Shown: one piece after another, positions 53,501 through 62,618 of the stretch
Layout of the letters: each line of letters starts with the position of its first letter
Numbering within the stretch: the first letter of the stretch is position 1
DNA from: Geobacter sp. UBA2189
GTDB taxonomy: Bacteria > Desulfobacterota > Desulfuromonadia > Geobacterales > Pseudopelobacteraceae
Direction of reading: 5' to 3'
Length of the DNA: 64,000 bases
NCBI GenBank assembly: GCA_002328035.1
Contig: DCVL01000001.1
Span: 162-64,161 of the forward strand
Position numbers and translations under genes: made by a program
Notes under the pieces: generated by a model
Databases searched by the model: none
Seen by the model: the letters and a program-made list of their open reading frames with translations, nothing else
Told to the model about the DNA's origin: nothing

Positions 53501-53772
53501 CTTTTATACTGGGTTGTCTGCCTCTTGCCATTGCCAGCGGTGCTGGTGCTGCGTCAAGGCAGATTATGGGGACTGCTGTAATCGGTGGAATGCTTGCCGC
53601 TTCATTTCTGGCTATATTTATGATTCCGGTTACTTACTATGTGGTTCAAAAAATTGGTAAAGGGAAGGGCTCAGAGGTACTGAATGAAGGAGTTGTTTCC
53701 ATCCCTGATAAATCTGAAGCTTGCGAAGATACCTCAACAAAACATAATAGCGGGGAGAAACGCCATGAGTAG
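50563..53772 (+). CDS. RND multidrug efflux pump, inner-membrane component (AcrB/MexB, HAE1 family)
   Basis: 1069 aa beginning MSKFFINRPIVAIVIAILM, with 12 TM segments and two large periplasmic loops. Contains the conserved VVDDAIVVVE. Confidence 0.93.
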   Translation: MSKFFINRPIVAIVIAILMVTVGLVSMFSLPIAQFPNIVPPAVQISSTYTGADALTLEQSVATPIEQQMSGVDNMDYMYSVNANNGTSNLYVYFDLKTDPNTDQVLAQMREGQAESQLPSDVRNFGVTVQKSTSSPLLLFALYSPNNSYDNIFLANYAFININDQMTRIKGVASVTVFGAGQYALRIWVRPDQLAKLNITIPEIVNAVNAQNTVNPAGQVGGEPVPKGQEFTYAVRAKGRLQSEKEFGDIVLRANEDGSLVRIKDVARIELGAQNYSIKSRVNGKPSALIAIYQMPGSNALDAANGAKNLMKELKKSFPPDLDYYVALDTTLAVSEGMKEIVTTLFEALALVIIVVFIFLQGWRATLIPLLAVPVSLIGTFAFFPMFGFSINTLSLFGMVLAIGLVVDDAIVVVEAVEHHIEHGLSPKEATLKAMEEVTGPVIAIAIILAAVFVPTAFIPGITGRMYQQFAVTIAISVIISAFNALTLSPALCAMLLKPKVKSNGQLQRFFDWFNRAFGRATDGYVNVCSSAIRKSKTSLLLLLGAAVLAGILGKTIPSSFLPEEDQGYLFAGVQLPDASSLQRTDEICHKAEEMIMKTPGVKYCSTVVGYSMMSQVANTYSAFFFVSLEEWAKRKKPEEKYGAIMARVTKDLSSIPGAIGFAFPPPAIPGIGTSGGVAFILQDRAGKDISYLSQNLDKFIAEAKKRKELASVSSTFRPTVPQMFIDVDRDKVLKQGVNLSDVYKTLQSFMGSGFVNYFNLYGRQWQIYVQAEGEFRNEIHEVGQFYVRNSQGNMVPLSALTSVRNVSGPEFTMRYNLYRSAQINATAAPGYSSAQAMKALEEVFAQSMPSDMGYDYTGMSFQEKKAQQGVSSSAIFAFSLFCVFLILAAQYESWSLPFSVLLGTPIAVAGAFVGLLSRQFENNVYAQIGLVMLIGLAAKNAILIVEFAKMEYEKGKPLLEATLAGAKLRLRPILMTSFAFILGCLPLAIASGAGAASRQIMGTAVIGGMLAASFLAIFMIPVTYYVVQKIGKGKGSEVLNEGVVSIPDKSEACEDTSTKHNSGEKRHE

Positions 53773-55138
53773 AGTGATTCTCCTCTGTTCTCTTGTTATA
53801 TTGTTGTCTGCCTGTTCCGTTGGGCCCGATTATGTCAGGCCTGAGATGACTGCTCCGCAAAGCTGGCGTATTGAAGAAAAGGAGTCAGCTGATGTTGCCA
53901 ACCTGGCCTGGTGGAACGGTTACGGAGACACAGTTCTTGAATCCTTGATTGAAAAGGCGCTTAAGCAGAACAAGGATCTGCTGATTGCAGTTGCCCGCAT
54001 TGATGAGTACGCGGCACAGTACGGTGTGGCCAGATCAGAATTCTTCCCCCAGATAAGCGCCGGAGCAAGCTTTACCCAGCAACAGTCTCCATTGACCCTT
54101 GGCCAACCTGTAAAGACGAATCAACTGGCCATTAACGCCAGTTGGGAACTGGATCTCTGGGGTAAGATCCGCCGTGGCACCGAGGCTGCAAGGGCAGAAC
54201 TGATCGCTTCTGAAGAGGGGCGCCGTTCAGCTGTTCTTTCCCTTGTTAGTTCTGTTGCCTCTTCGTATATACTATTGCGGGATCTTGACAAACAGCTTGA
54301 AATAGCCCGTGAGACGGCAAAAAGCCGTAAAGAGTCGCTTGACCTCTTTCAGATAAGGTTTGAAGGTGGAGTAATCACAGAGATGGAGCTGGCGCAGAAT
54401 CGTTCAGAATACGAGCAGGCATTGGCTACCATTCCCCAACTTGAGCAGTCAGTTGCACTTCAGGAACATGCCATATCTATCCTTTTGGGTGAGAATCCAG
54501 GTTCAATACCCAGAGGTAAAGGTATTGACCAACTACCGGTTCCGCTCCCCCCAAAAGGTTTGCCGTCAGAAATTCTTCAGAGACGACCTGATGTTCTGCA
54601 GGCTGAACAGACACTTGTTGCGGCAAATGCACAGATAGGCGTTGCCCGTTCCGCCTATTTCCCTTCAATCTCTCTGACCGGACTTCTGGGGGTTTCAAGC
54701 TCGGAGCTGAACAATCTGTTTAAAGGGCCAGCCAGGATGTACAGCTATGGAGCCTCGCTGACCGCTCCGATCTTTACAGCAGGGAAAACCACAAGCCAGG
54801 TAAAGGTTGCGGAGGCTCAACAACAGCAGGCTCTTTTGAAATACCAGCAGGCTATACAGACAGCTTTTAAAGAGGTGGAGGATGGGCTGGTTCAGCAAAA
54901 CAGAACCCGTGAGCAGCTTGCAGCTCAGAAACGTCAGGTTGAGGCTCTGCGCAATTATGCGTCGCTGGCTCGTCTACGCTTTGACAATGGCTACTCAAGC
55001 TTTTTGGAAGTTCTTGACGCCGAACGTAGCCTTTTTAACGCAGAGTTGGATTATTCCCAGACCCAGGGCAACCTTCACCAGTACATTATTGCCCTCTACA
55101 AGGCTATGGGTGGGGGATGGGGAATCAAACTGGACTGA
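53765..55138 (+). CDS. RND efflux outer-membrane factor lipoprotein (OprM/NodT family)
   Basis: ATG 53765 (MSRVILLCSLVILLSACSVGPDY; lipobox LSAC) overlaps the pump stop. Ends with the C-terminal YKALGGGW-like motif (YKAMGGGW). Confidence 0.9.
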   Translation: MSRVILLCSLVILLSACSVGPDYVRPEMTAPQSWRIEEKESADVANLAWWNGYGDTVLESLIEKALKQNKDLLIAVARIDEYAAQYGVARSEFFPQISAGASFTQQQSPLTLGQPVKTNQLAINASWELDLWGKIRRGTEAARAELIASEEGRRSAVLSLVSSVASSYILLRDLDKQLEIARETAKSRKESLDLFQIRFEGGVITEMELAQNRSEYEQALATIPQLEQSVALQEHAISILLGENPGSIPRGKGIDQLPVPLPPKGLPSEILQRRPDVLQAEQTLVAANAQIGVARSAYFPSISLTGLLGVSSSELNNLFKGPARMYSYGASLTAPIFTAGKTTSQVKVAEAQQQQALLKYQQAIQTAFKEVEDGLVQQNRTREQLAAQKRQVEALRNYASLARLRFDNGYSSFLEVLDAERSLFNAELDYSQTQGNLHQYIIALYKAMGGGWGIKLD

Positions 55139-55211
55139 CGTCATCGGATCCGTTACTCCTGTTGGCCTCTACATTAATAGTCCAACTTGTTAGATTATCA
55201 GCGAGGATACC

Positions 55212-56426
55212 TTGAAACAGGCGCTACATAATGAAATAGCGGATCTACTTAAAGAGCTCCCTGCATTAACAAATCTGACTCGTTATTGCACAACTGAGGA
55301 GATCTCTGAGTCACTTGAACAGATAACTGCGGATCTTGCAAATGTCCGTCGAAAGTTTGGCGTATGGGACGCTCAATCTGCATTGCAGCAGGGGCTTATA
55401 GAAAAAGCCGATGCCATTCAGATGAAAAAACTGCACGATGAGATGAACAGAATAGAGCTTGAAAGGTTCCTTGTATCGGAATCGGTTATTAATCTGCATC
55501 TTTCCTGTACCCATTACAGGGATCTTCTAGCTGAGCGGGCGTTTGTTCTTGTCCAGCAGGAGATGCTTGACTCGGGCTACGGCGAACCGCCTGTATCATC
55601 GGCTCTCATCAGCATGGGAAGTGATGGTCGCGAAGAACAGACACTTATTACCGATCAGGATTATCTCATAGTCTACGATGACGATGGGGGCGAGGATGCA
55701 GATGCCTGGTTCACAGAGTTTGGAAACCGTCTGGTTGATTGTCTTGAAACTGCCGGATTCAAACGCTGCACCGGCGACATAATGACCAGTAATCCTACCT
55801 GGCGTGGCTCTTACAGTCAGTGGCGTAAAAGACTCTTTGCCATAGTTCGTTATGAGGTGGAGGATTTTGCAAAAAACATGATGGATCTGATAGTTCTCTC
55901 AGATGCCCGCCATGTGGCTGGCGATCGTCTGCTTGGTGAACGCCTGATAGAGCTGATTAGAACCATGGAGAAGGAACATTTTCAGGTTATGTGGGGGATG
56001 GCCAGGGCAGCAACAGAGATGAAGCTGGCTTTAGGTTTTATGCGTCGCCTCTGGACTGAACCAACCGGTGAGCACAAGGGAAAACTTAACGTAAAACTCC
56101 TTGCCTGGGCACCCTTGGTGATGAATGTAAGGATATTGGCCATCAATCAGGGGCTCTCCGCCACAAATACGGTTGAGAGGATTACTGCCCTTGAACAGGA
56201 GGGGAGCTTTTCAAAAGAGATGGCAGATGGCCTTAAGGATGCCTACAACATTCTTACTCACCATCGGATACTTTTGCAGATCAAACAGATAAAAGGGATA
56301 CAGAAAGACTCCCATTTCCTTGATCCTATGATCTTGAATAACAATGAAAGGGAAGAGTTGCGTCAGGCTGTCATAAGGATTGAAGAGCTACAGAAGATGA
56401 TCCACTCAAACTTCAATATAGTCTAA
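55212..56426 (+). CDS. DUF294-type putative nucleotidyltransferase (GlnD-like NTase + DUF294_C), without the usual cNMP/CBS sensor modules
   Basis: 404 aa with a TTG start after GAGGA. NTase core is MGSDGREEQTLITDQDYLIVYDD, followed by a helical substrate-binding C-domain. The N-terminal ~110 aa are helical and I could not assign them. Confidence 0.65.
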   Translation: MKQALHNEIADLLKELPALTNLTRYCTTEEISESLEQITADLANVRRKFGVWDAQSALQQGLIEKADAIQMKKLHDEMNRIELERFLVSESVINLHLSCTHYRDLLAERAFVLVQQEMLDSGYGEPPVSSALISMGSDGREEQTLITDQDYLIVYDDDGGEDADAWFTEFGNRLVDCLETAGFKRCTGDIMTSNPTWRGSYSQWRKRLFAIVRYEVEDFAKNMMDLIVLSDARHVAGDRLLGERLIELIRTMEKEHFQVMWGMARAATEMKLALGFMRRLWTEPTGEHKGKLNVKLLAWAPLVMNVRILAINQGLSATNTVERITALEQEGSFSKEMADGLKDAYNILTHHRILLQIKQIKGIQKDSHFLDPMILNNNEREELRQAVIRIEELQKMIHSNFNIV

Positions 56427-56472
56427 AACCTTGACACAAAGAACTGGGGTCATTTATAAAATTAACAGTTGT

Positions 56473-56547
56473 GGGCGATTAACTCAGCGGGAGAGTGCTA
56501 CCTTCACACGGTAGAAGTCACTGGTTCGATCCCAGTATCGCCCACCA
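56473..56547 (+). tRNA. trnV: tRNA-Val (anticodon CAC), 3' CCA encoded
   Basis: Hand fold: acceptor GGGCGAT/ATCGCCC, D stem ACTC/GAGT, anticodon stem CTACC/GGTAG with loop TTCACAC, T arm ACTGG-TTCGATC-CCAGT, discriminator A, CCA. Confidence 0.9.
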
Positions 56548-56676
56548 TTTTACAGATCCAGAACTTTTCTTCTCCTCTGCGGTGGTGGAATGTTTTTTGA
56601 GTGTTTGTTCCAGTCGAAGTTTCTGGCGCTTTAACCTTTCAATTCGGTCTGCATTTTCGAAGGAAAATTACCTAAC

Positions 56677-57795
56677 ATGAAAAAGGCATTAATAACCGGC
56701 ATAACCGGCCAGGATGGTGCGTACCTTGCGGAACTTCTGCTTGAAAAAGGGTATGAAGTTCACGGAATAAAAAGAAGAGCCTCCCTGTTCAACACCGATC
56801 GTATAGACCATCTCTATCAGGATCCCCACGAAAAAAGCCGCAGATTAGTACTGCACTATGGTGATATGACCGACTCTACCAATCTGATTCGGATTATACA
56901 GGCTGTACAACCGGATGAGATCTATAATCTGGCCGCCCAGTCCCATGTGGCCGTATCCTTTGAGACCCCTGAATATACTGCAAACGCGGATGCCATTGGA
57001 CCATTAAGGATGCTTGAGGCTATTCGCATTTTGGGGTTGGAAAAAAAGACCCGCTTTTATCAGGCATCCACGTCGGAGCTTTATGGGTTGGTACAAGAAA
57101 TACCTCAAAAGGAAACCACCCCTTTCTACCCACGCTCACCATATGCAGTGGCCAAGTTGTATGCCTACTGGATTACTGTTAACTACCGTGAGGCGTACGG
57201 TATCTACGGTTGCAACGGCATCCTGTTTAACCATGAATCACCGGTTCGTGGCGAGACCTTTGTTACCCGAAAAATTACCCGCGCACTTGCCAGAATCAAA
57301 CTTGGCCTGCAGGATTGTCTCTACCTCGGCAATCTTGATTCCCTTCGTGATTGGGGTCATGCCAGAGATTATGTTGAGATGCAGTGGCTTCTGATGCAGC
57401 AGGAAAAGCCTGAAGACTGGGTAATTGCAACAGGCATACAACATAGCGTCAGGGATTTTGTAGATGCAGCCGCTGAAGAACTGGGTATGAAAATCAGCTG
57501 GCAGGGTAGCGGCGTTGATGAAACCGGCACACTTGAAACTCCATCTCCCCTTGCGGGAGGGAGCAGGGGTGAGGGGAGACGTACTATTGTCAAGGTTGAC
57601 CCACGTTACTTCCGTCCAACGGAGGTTGAGACCCTGCTTGGTGACCCAACCAAGGCGCGTGAAAAACTAGGTTGGGCCCCCAAAATCAGCTTCAAGGAGC
57701 TGGTGTCAGAGATGGTGCGGGAAGACTTAAAAGCTGCCGAGCGTGATGAACTGGTCAAAAAGCATGGCTATCAGGCGTTTGATTATAATGAGTAA
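56677..57795 (+). CDS. gmd: GDP-mannose 4,6-dehydratase
   Basis: 372 aa beginning [31 protein letters not shown], with SELYG, Y..AK and [26 protein letters not shown]. Confidence 0.95.
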   Translation: MKKALITGITGQDGAYLAELLLEKGYEVHGIKRRASLFNTDRIDHLYQDPHEKSRRLVLHYGDMTDSTNLIRIIQAVQPDEIYNLAAQSHVAVSFETPEYTANADAIGPLRMLEAIRILGLEKKTRFYQASTSELYGLVQEIPQKETTPFYPRSPYAVAKLYAYWITVNYREAYGIYGCNGILFNHESPVRGETFVTRKITRALARIKLGLQDCLYLGNLDSLRDWGHARDYVEMQWLLMQQEKPEDWVIATGIQHSVRDFVDAAAEELGMKISWQGSGVDETGTLETPSPLAGGSRGEGRRTIVKVDPRYFRPTEVETLLGDPTKAREKLGWAPKISFKELVSEMVREDLKAAERDELVKKHGYQAFDYNE

Positions 57796-57998
57796 AAGGT
57801 AAAAACTGGTGGCAGAAATGGTTTGTGAATACCTAAAAAGGTACTCAGTAGCATGTAAAACCATTGTTTTTCCCTGTTGTTCCGTTGCTCTGTGTTTCAG
57901 ATCTGATAGATTTCCTCCGCGTACTTCGCGTCTTGAGAGAGGTAGCGAACGGGCGAGGGATAAAAGAGAGCATCATGCTTGTTTTTAGTTTCTCGTTA

Positions 57999-58026
57999 TT
58001 GACAATATTCATGCATTGTCTATAAT
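57999..58026 (+). promoter_or_regulatory. Near-consensus sigma70 promoter driving the XRE gene (near-leaderless)
   Basis: TTGACA (57999-58004), 16-nt spacer, TATAAT (58021-58026). The ATG at 58037 is only 10 nt after the -10 hexamer. Confidence 0.55.
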
Positions 58027-58036
58027 AAGAAACATT

Positions 58037-58528
58037 ATGCCAGCCAAATCACCTGATATAACCGGCAGCACAGCAGCGCTGCTGAAAGTTCTTGGACAGC
58101 AGATTCGCGCCCATCGCAAGTCGCAGCGGATCAGTGCTGTCGCTGCAGCAGAAGCAGCAGCGATGTCGAGAGTGACTTTACACCGGATAGAAAAAGGCGA
58201 ACCTGCCGTAACCATGGGTGCGTACGCAAATGCCATGCTTGTGCTGGGTCTTACCTTTGGGCTGTTACCGCAGGCCGGGCAGTCAGCAGTACCCGCTGTA
58301 CTGAACCAGGGGGAGTGGATCCCTGCCCGCATCCGGCTGAAGGAATATCCTCAGCTCAATCAGCTTGCCTGGCAGTTGCAAGGAGTCGAAACCTTATCGC
58401 CATTGGAGGCGTGGGACATCTATGATCGTAATTCGCGACATCTGGATGAGCAGACCCTGGCAGAGTATGAACGGCAGTTAATCGATGCACTGCGTCTTGC
58501 CTTTGGGGGTGTAGGTCGTCATGTTTGA
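58037..58528 (+). CDS. XRE-family HTH protein, probable antitoxin/regulator of the downstream AbiEii-like gene
   Basis: ATG 58037 was chosen (the ORF-track TTG at 58016 lies inside the promoter). HTH: LGQQIRAHRKSQRISAVAAAEAAAMSRVTLHRIEKG. An ~90-aa C-terminal domain follows. The stop overlaps the next ATG by 8 nt. Confidence 0.7.
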   Translation: MPAKSPDITGSTAALLKVLGQQIRAHRKSQRISAVAAAEAAAMSRVTLHRIEKGEPAVTMGAYANAMLVLGLTFGLLPQAGQSAVPAVLNQGEWIPARIRLKEYPQLNQLAWQLQGVETLSPLEAWDIYDRNSRHLDEQTLAEYERQLIDALRLAFGGVGRHV

Positions 58529-58697
58529 ACGTCCGCTCCATCAGCGTATTGCCCAAGTGCTCAGCTCTCTGGATGGCTCCTTGTTGAAAAAGCATGGTTG
58601 CCTGTTTGGAGGTGGAACCGTCATTGCATTACGTTTTGGCGAGTATCGTGAGTCTGTTGATATTGATTTTCTGGTTTCTGATCTAAACGGCTACTGA
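58521..58697 (+). pseudogene. Truncated nucleotidyltransferase toxin (AbiEii/DUF1814-like), N-terminal 58 codons only
   Basis: Not in the ORF track (58 aa): MFERPLHQRIAQVLSSLDGSLLKKHGCLFGGGTVIALRFGEYRESVDIDFLVSDLNGY*. The GGT..L.....R.S.DIDF NTase motif is present, but full-length members are about 250-300 aa. Reading through the TGA gives only ~30 more codons before the next gene. Confidence 0.6.
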
Positions 58698-58795
58698 AAC
58701 CTGCGTCAACTGCTGGCAGGCGCAAATAGCATCTACCCATGCCTACTACTTTGCACAGATTTGTGTGAGGAGCTAAAAAGGTAAACAACCTATTT

Positions 58796-59494
58796 ATGAA
58801 GGCTAAGAGAGTAGCAATCCTCCAATCCAATTATATCCCATGGAAAGGCTACTTCGACATGATCGCCGCAGTGGATGAGTTTATCCTCTACGATGACATG
58901 CAGTATACCCGACGCGACTGGCGCAACCGAAACCAGATCAAAACTCCCCAAGGAATTCAATGGTTGACAATTCCGGTAAAAGTTAAGGGTAAATATGAGC
59001 AAAAAATAAAGGAAACTGAAATTGATGGGGTCGAGTGGGCACAGAACCACTGGAAGTCACTTTGTCAACACTACAAACGCGCACCTTATTTCACAAAAAT
59101 TGCCGTATGGCTGGAACCCCTTTATCTCGGAGAGACCTTCTCTCATATTTCGCAACTGAATCGACGTTTCATCGAGGCCATCTGCGCATACCTAAGCATA
59201 AAAACTACCATTACCAATTCATGGGATTTCACCTTGCTCGATGGCAAGACCGAGCGGCTTGCTGACCTGTGTCTACAGGCTGGCGGTACTGAGTACATCT
59301 CAGGGCCAGCAGCCAAGGACTATGTCGACGAAAAAGTCTTTGCCGATTTGGGAATTAAACTTACCTGGTTTGACTACGCAGGCTACCCGGAGTACCCACA
59401 GCTATGGGGTGAGTTTACCCATGGCGTAACCATTCTCGATCTCTTGTTCAATTGCGGCAAGGACGCACCACGTTACATGAGGTACGTGGCATGA
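58796..59494 (+). CDS. WbqC-family protein (O-antigen/glycan cluster protein of unknown function)
   Basis: 232 aa with [18 protein letters not shown]...[22 protein letters not shown], typical of the WbqC family. Confidence 0.8.
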   Translation: MKAKRVAILQSNYIPWKGYFDMIAAVDEFILYDDMQYTRRDWRNRNQIKTPQGIQWLTIPVKVKGKYEQKIKETEIDGVEWAQNHWKSLCQHYKRAPYFTKIAVWLEPLYLGETFSHISQLNRRFIEAICAYLSIKTTITNSWDFTLLDGKTERLADLCLQAGGTEYISGPAAKDYVDEKVFADLGIKLTWFDYAGYPEYPQLWGEFTHGVTILDLLFNCGKDAPRYMRYVA

Positions 59495-60420
59495 AACTCT
59501 CGATAGTTGCTACCCTCTATCAATCCGCACCCTACATCAACGAGTTTTGTGCCAGGGCGAGTGCTGCCGCAAAACAAGCAGTTGATGAAGAGTTTGAAAT
59601 CGTCATGGTAAACGATGGCTCACCGGATAACAGCCTGGATCTGGCTATCAAACTCACCGAACAGGATTCGCACGTCGTCGTTGTCGACTTGTCGCGCAAC
59701 TTCGGGCACCATAAAGCGATGATGACGGGACTGGCTCACGCCAAAGGAGAGCTAGTCTTTCTGATCGACAGCGACCTTGAAGAAGAACCTGAATGGCTCC
59801 TGAGCTTCGATGAACAGATGAAACGGGAAGACTGTGATGTGGTGTACGGAGTGCAGGAGCACAGGAAAGGCAATTGGTTTGAACGCTGGAGTGGTCAGTG
59901 GTTCTATCGCTTCTTCAAAGCACTCACGGGGCTTGCGTTACCGGAAAACGTCGTCACCACTCGTTTGATGACACGCCGCTATGTTGATGCCTTGCTGTGC
60001 CATCAAGAGCGCGAGGTGTTCATGGCGGGTCTGTGGCATATCACCGGGTTTGAGCAACGTGCCCAAGTGATAAAGAAACATAGCACCAGTGAAACCACCT
60101 ATACCTTCCGCAGCAAAACGTCTTTGCTGGTCAATTCAGTAACCTCATTCAGTAACGCTCCTTTGGTGAGTATCTTTCATATCGGTGTGGCTATTTCATT
60201 GTTCGCTTTGGTCTACATCGTGTACTTGGTCACGCACTGGCTCTTCCTTGCAAAGCCGATGAGCGGATGGACCTCAGTAATGGCGTCTATTTGGCTCCTT
60301 GGTGGCATGGTGATTTCTTTTATCGGCGTAGTCGGTATCTATTTGTCCAAGATATTCTCGGAAACGAAGCAGCGACCCTATACCATCGTCAGGCAAATAT
60401 ATGCGCAACAAAAAGATTGA
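59491..60420 (+). CDS. Family 2 glycosyltransferase, ArnC/GtrB-like polyprenyl-phosphate sugar transferase with 2 C-terminal TM helices
   Basis: ATG 59491 overlaps the WbqC stop (ATGA). Contains [21 protein letters not shown], the DxD-like IDSDLEE, and C-terminal helices ([23 protein letters not shown]; [23 protein letters not shown]). Confidence 0.85.
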   Translation: MKLSIVATLYQSAPYINEFCARASAAAKQAVDEEFEIVMVNDGSPDNSLDLAIKLTEQDSHVVVVDLSRNFGHHKAMMTGLAHAKGELVFLIDSDLEEEPEWLLSFDEQMKREDCDVVYGVQEHRKGNWFERWSGQWFYRFFKALTGLALPENVVTTRLMTRRYVDALLCHQEREVFMAGLWHITGFEQRAQVIKKHSTSETTYTFRSKTSLLVNSVTSFSNAPLVSIFHIGVAISLFALVYIVYLVTHWLFLAKPMSGWTSVMASIWLLGGMVISFIGVVGIYLSKIFSETKQRPYTIVRQIYAQQKD

Positions 60421-61039
60421 ATTGCTCAACGAGGTTGCGACGTACTACGCCGAAAAGCTCGCAGAACATGGAGAGACACCTCGCGGCGTAGACTGGAACG
60501 GTGAAGAGAGCCAAACCATTCGTTTTGAACAACTGTGCAAAATAATCGACTCGGCAGCATCTAATTATTCATTGAACGATCTGGGTTGCGGCTACGGTGC
60601 CTTGCTGGACTATTTACGAGACAAACATCCAACCTGCACATACCTTGGGGTGGATGTTTCACGCGAAATGATTAGAGCTGCTGAGCAACGGTATGCCGCC
60701 GTACAACAAGCCAGTTTCATCACTTCGGCAGAGCCAGATCAAATGGCTGACTACGGCTTGGCCAGCGGCATCTTCAATGTGCGTCTAGGGCGAACGGATG
60801 CTGAGTGGTTTGACTATCTGGAGGCTACATTGGAGGTGCTGGATCGCACCAGCAGGATTGGATTCGCTTTCAACTGCCTGACTTCGTATTCTGATGAGGA
60901 CAAAAAACGGGACTATCTATATTATGCTGACCCATGTCGATTGTTCGATTTATGTAAACGACGCTATTCTCGTCAGGTTGCCTTGCTTCATGACTATGGG
61001 CTTTATGAGTTCACGATTATGGTGAGGAAGACGCCATGA
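60401..61039 (+). CDS. Class I SAM-dependent methyltransferase
   Basis: 212 aa with the SAM motif LNDLGCGYGALLDYL. It overlaps both neighbours (20 nt and 4 nt). Confidence 0.7.
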   Translation: MRNKKIELLNEVATYYAEKLAEHGETPRGVDWNGEESQTIRFEQLCKIIDSAASNYSLNDLGCGYGALLDYLRDKHPTCTYLGVDVSREMIRAAEQRYAAVQQASFITSAEPDQMADYGLASGIFNVRLGRTDAEWFDYLEATLEVLDRTSRIGFAFNCLTSYSDEDKKRDYLYYADPCRLFDLCKRRYSRQVALLHDYGLYEFTIMVRKTP

Positions 61040-61701
61040 AAAAACCACTTGTAATTTTTGGTTCTGGTGACATTGCACAACTTGCACATTACTACTTTTG
61101 CACGGATTCCGATTACGAAGTCATTGCTTTCACTGTGGACGCTGACTATATCAAAGAGTCTAGCTTTTGCGGTTTGCCTGTTGTCGCTTTTGAAGAGGTG
61201 ACACAGCATTACCCGCCTGAAAATAATGATTTCTTTGTTGCACTGAGTTATTCAAAGCTTAATGCAGTCCGCAAAGAAAAGTTCCTCGCTGCAAAAGAGA
61301 AGGGTTACAAGCTTGTGAGCTTTATCAGTTCTCATGCTACCCTCCTAAACAACCGCCAAATCGGCGAAAACTGTTTCATTTTTGAAGACAACACCATTCA
61401 GCCGTTCGTGAGGATTGGTAATAATGTGACTTTGTGGAGTGGTAACCACATCGGTCATCATTCTGTTATCAAGGATCACACCTTCCTAGCATCGCATGTT
61501 GTTGTCTCTGGTGGTGTAGAAATTGGCGAACAATGCTTTGTTGGAGTAAACGCTACCTTGCGTGATCACATCAAAATCGGTGATCGGTGTGTTGTAGGCG
61601 CTGGGGCACTACTGCTCGGAGATGCCGAGCCTGAAGGGGTGTATATGGGTACTGCAACTGAGCGCTCAAAAATTCCAAGTAAAAGGCTCCGTGGCATATG
61701 A
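61036..61701 (+). CDS. Left-handed beta-helix sugar N/O-acetyltransferase (NeuD/PglD/PerB-like)
   Basis: 221 aa with an N-terminal Rossmann-like MKKPLVIFGSGDIAQLA and C-terminal hexapeptide repeats (IGNNVTLWSGNHIGHHSVIKDHTFLASHVVVSGGVEIGEQCFVGVNATL). Confidence 0.8.
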   Translation: MKKPLVIFGSGDIAQLAHYYFCTDSDYEVIAFTVDADYIKESSFCGLPVVAFEEVTQHYPPENNDFFVALSYSKLNAVRKEKFLAAKEKGYKLVSFISSHATLLNNRQIGENCFIFEDNTIQPFVRIGNNVTLWSGNHIGHHSVIKDHTFLASHVVVSGGVEIGEQCFVGVNATLRDHIKIGDRCVVGAGALLLGDAEPEGVYMGTATERSKIPSKRLRGI

Positions 61702-62618
61702 CCCAATACTGGAAAAAACTAGGTCAAATTTATGTTCCTAAGGAAAGTGGCCATCCGAAGCTAGCTTCGCACGCTGCCAATCCTTTGCCTGTTCATCTGG
61801 GTGGTGACGTCTATCGTGTGTTCTTTAGCGGTCGTGATGAAAACAACCGATCCTCTGTTGGTGCGGTCGATATTGACCTCGTTAAGCGGAAAGTTGTCAA
61901 TGAACATCACCAGACTTTTTTCGAGTACGGACCGGCTGGAAGTTTCTTTGCTGATGGGGTGAGCATTGGCAATTGTTATGAGGCAAATGGTGTTCGTTAC
62001 ATGTTGTTCATGGGGTGGCAAAATCCTGAAAACGGACATTGGCGGGGTGATATTGGCCGCCTGATTGTGACTCCAGAACTCACCCTGAAATTGGATGATT
62101 CAGAGCCATTTATGGGGTGTGATCCAACAGATCCGATTAGTTTGTCTTATCCTTGGGTACAGGCAAGACCATCGAGTGGTTTCGACATGTGGTACGGTTC
62201 AACACTTACTTGGGATGCCGGGAATGGCGAGATGTTGCATGTTATCCAACATGCCTCTTCTGGTGATGGGCAACACTGGCAGCGCAGCGGGTTGGCAGTA
62301 CCTTATGAACTTGGGCGTGCTCAGGCCTTTTCTAGACCCACCGTGGTTCAAAATCAGGACGGCCTTTTGGAGATGTGGTTTTCTTACCGTAACGGTTCAG
62401 GTGAAAAATACCGTATCGGTTATGCGAAGAGTGATAACGCTCTAACTTGGTTACTTGACTTGGATAAAGCTGGCATAACAGTTTCTGATAGTGGCTGGGA
62501 CTCGGAGATGATCGAATACCCATTTGTTTTTGATCATACGGGTAGTCGATACATGCTGTATAACGGCAACGGGTACGGAAAAACAGGCTTTGGTCTGGCG
62601 GTTCTGGATGGTTTCTGA
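61698..62618 (+). CDS. Beta-propeller protein of the GH32/43/68/130-like fold, function unknown
   Basis: 306 aa with repeated blade-like segments (..VYRVFFSGRD.., ..VRYMLFMGWQ.., ..FDMWYGST.., ..LLEMWFSYRN.., ..SRYMLYNGNGYG). It is translationally coupled on both sides. Confidence 0.55.
   Translation: MTQYWKKLGQIYVPKESGHPKLASHAANPLPVHLGGDVYRVFFSGRDENNRSSVGAVDIDLVKRKVVNEHHQTFFEYGPAGSFFADGVSIGNCYEANGVRYMLFMGWQNPENGHWRGDIGRLIVTPELTLKLDDSEPFMGCDPTDPISLSYPWVQARPSSGFDMWYGSTLTWDAGNGEMLHVIQHASSGDGQHWQRSGLAVPYELGRAQAFSRPTVVQNQDGLLEMWFSYRNGSGEKYRIGYAKSDNALTWLLDLDKAGITVSDSGWDSEMIEYPFVFDHTGSRYMLYNGNGYGKTGFGLAVLDGF

Noticed and set aside
56495-56680. 61-aa ORF beginning inside tRNA-Val.
   Set aside because: It overlaps a clean tRNA cloverleaf and the gmd upstream region and has no RBS. 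It is spurious.
57543-57577. GC-rich imperfect inverted repeat inside gmd (TCTCCCC...GGGGAGA) encoding [11 protein letters not shown]. It resembled a REP-like element or insertion.
   Set aside because: It is in frame and falls in the known variable surface loop of Gmd. The loop length is similar to E. coli Gmd (from memory), so there is no evidence of an insertion.
57796-57998. A ~200-bp non-coding stretch after gmd, examined for integrase or transposase fragments or att-like repeats.
   Set aside because: Six-frame reading gave no recognisable protein remnant, and there is no repeat of the tRNA-Val 3' end. Its status is unresolved, but nothing supports a feature call.
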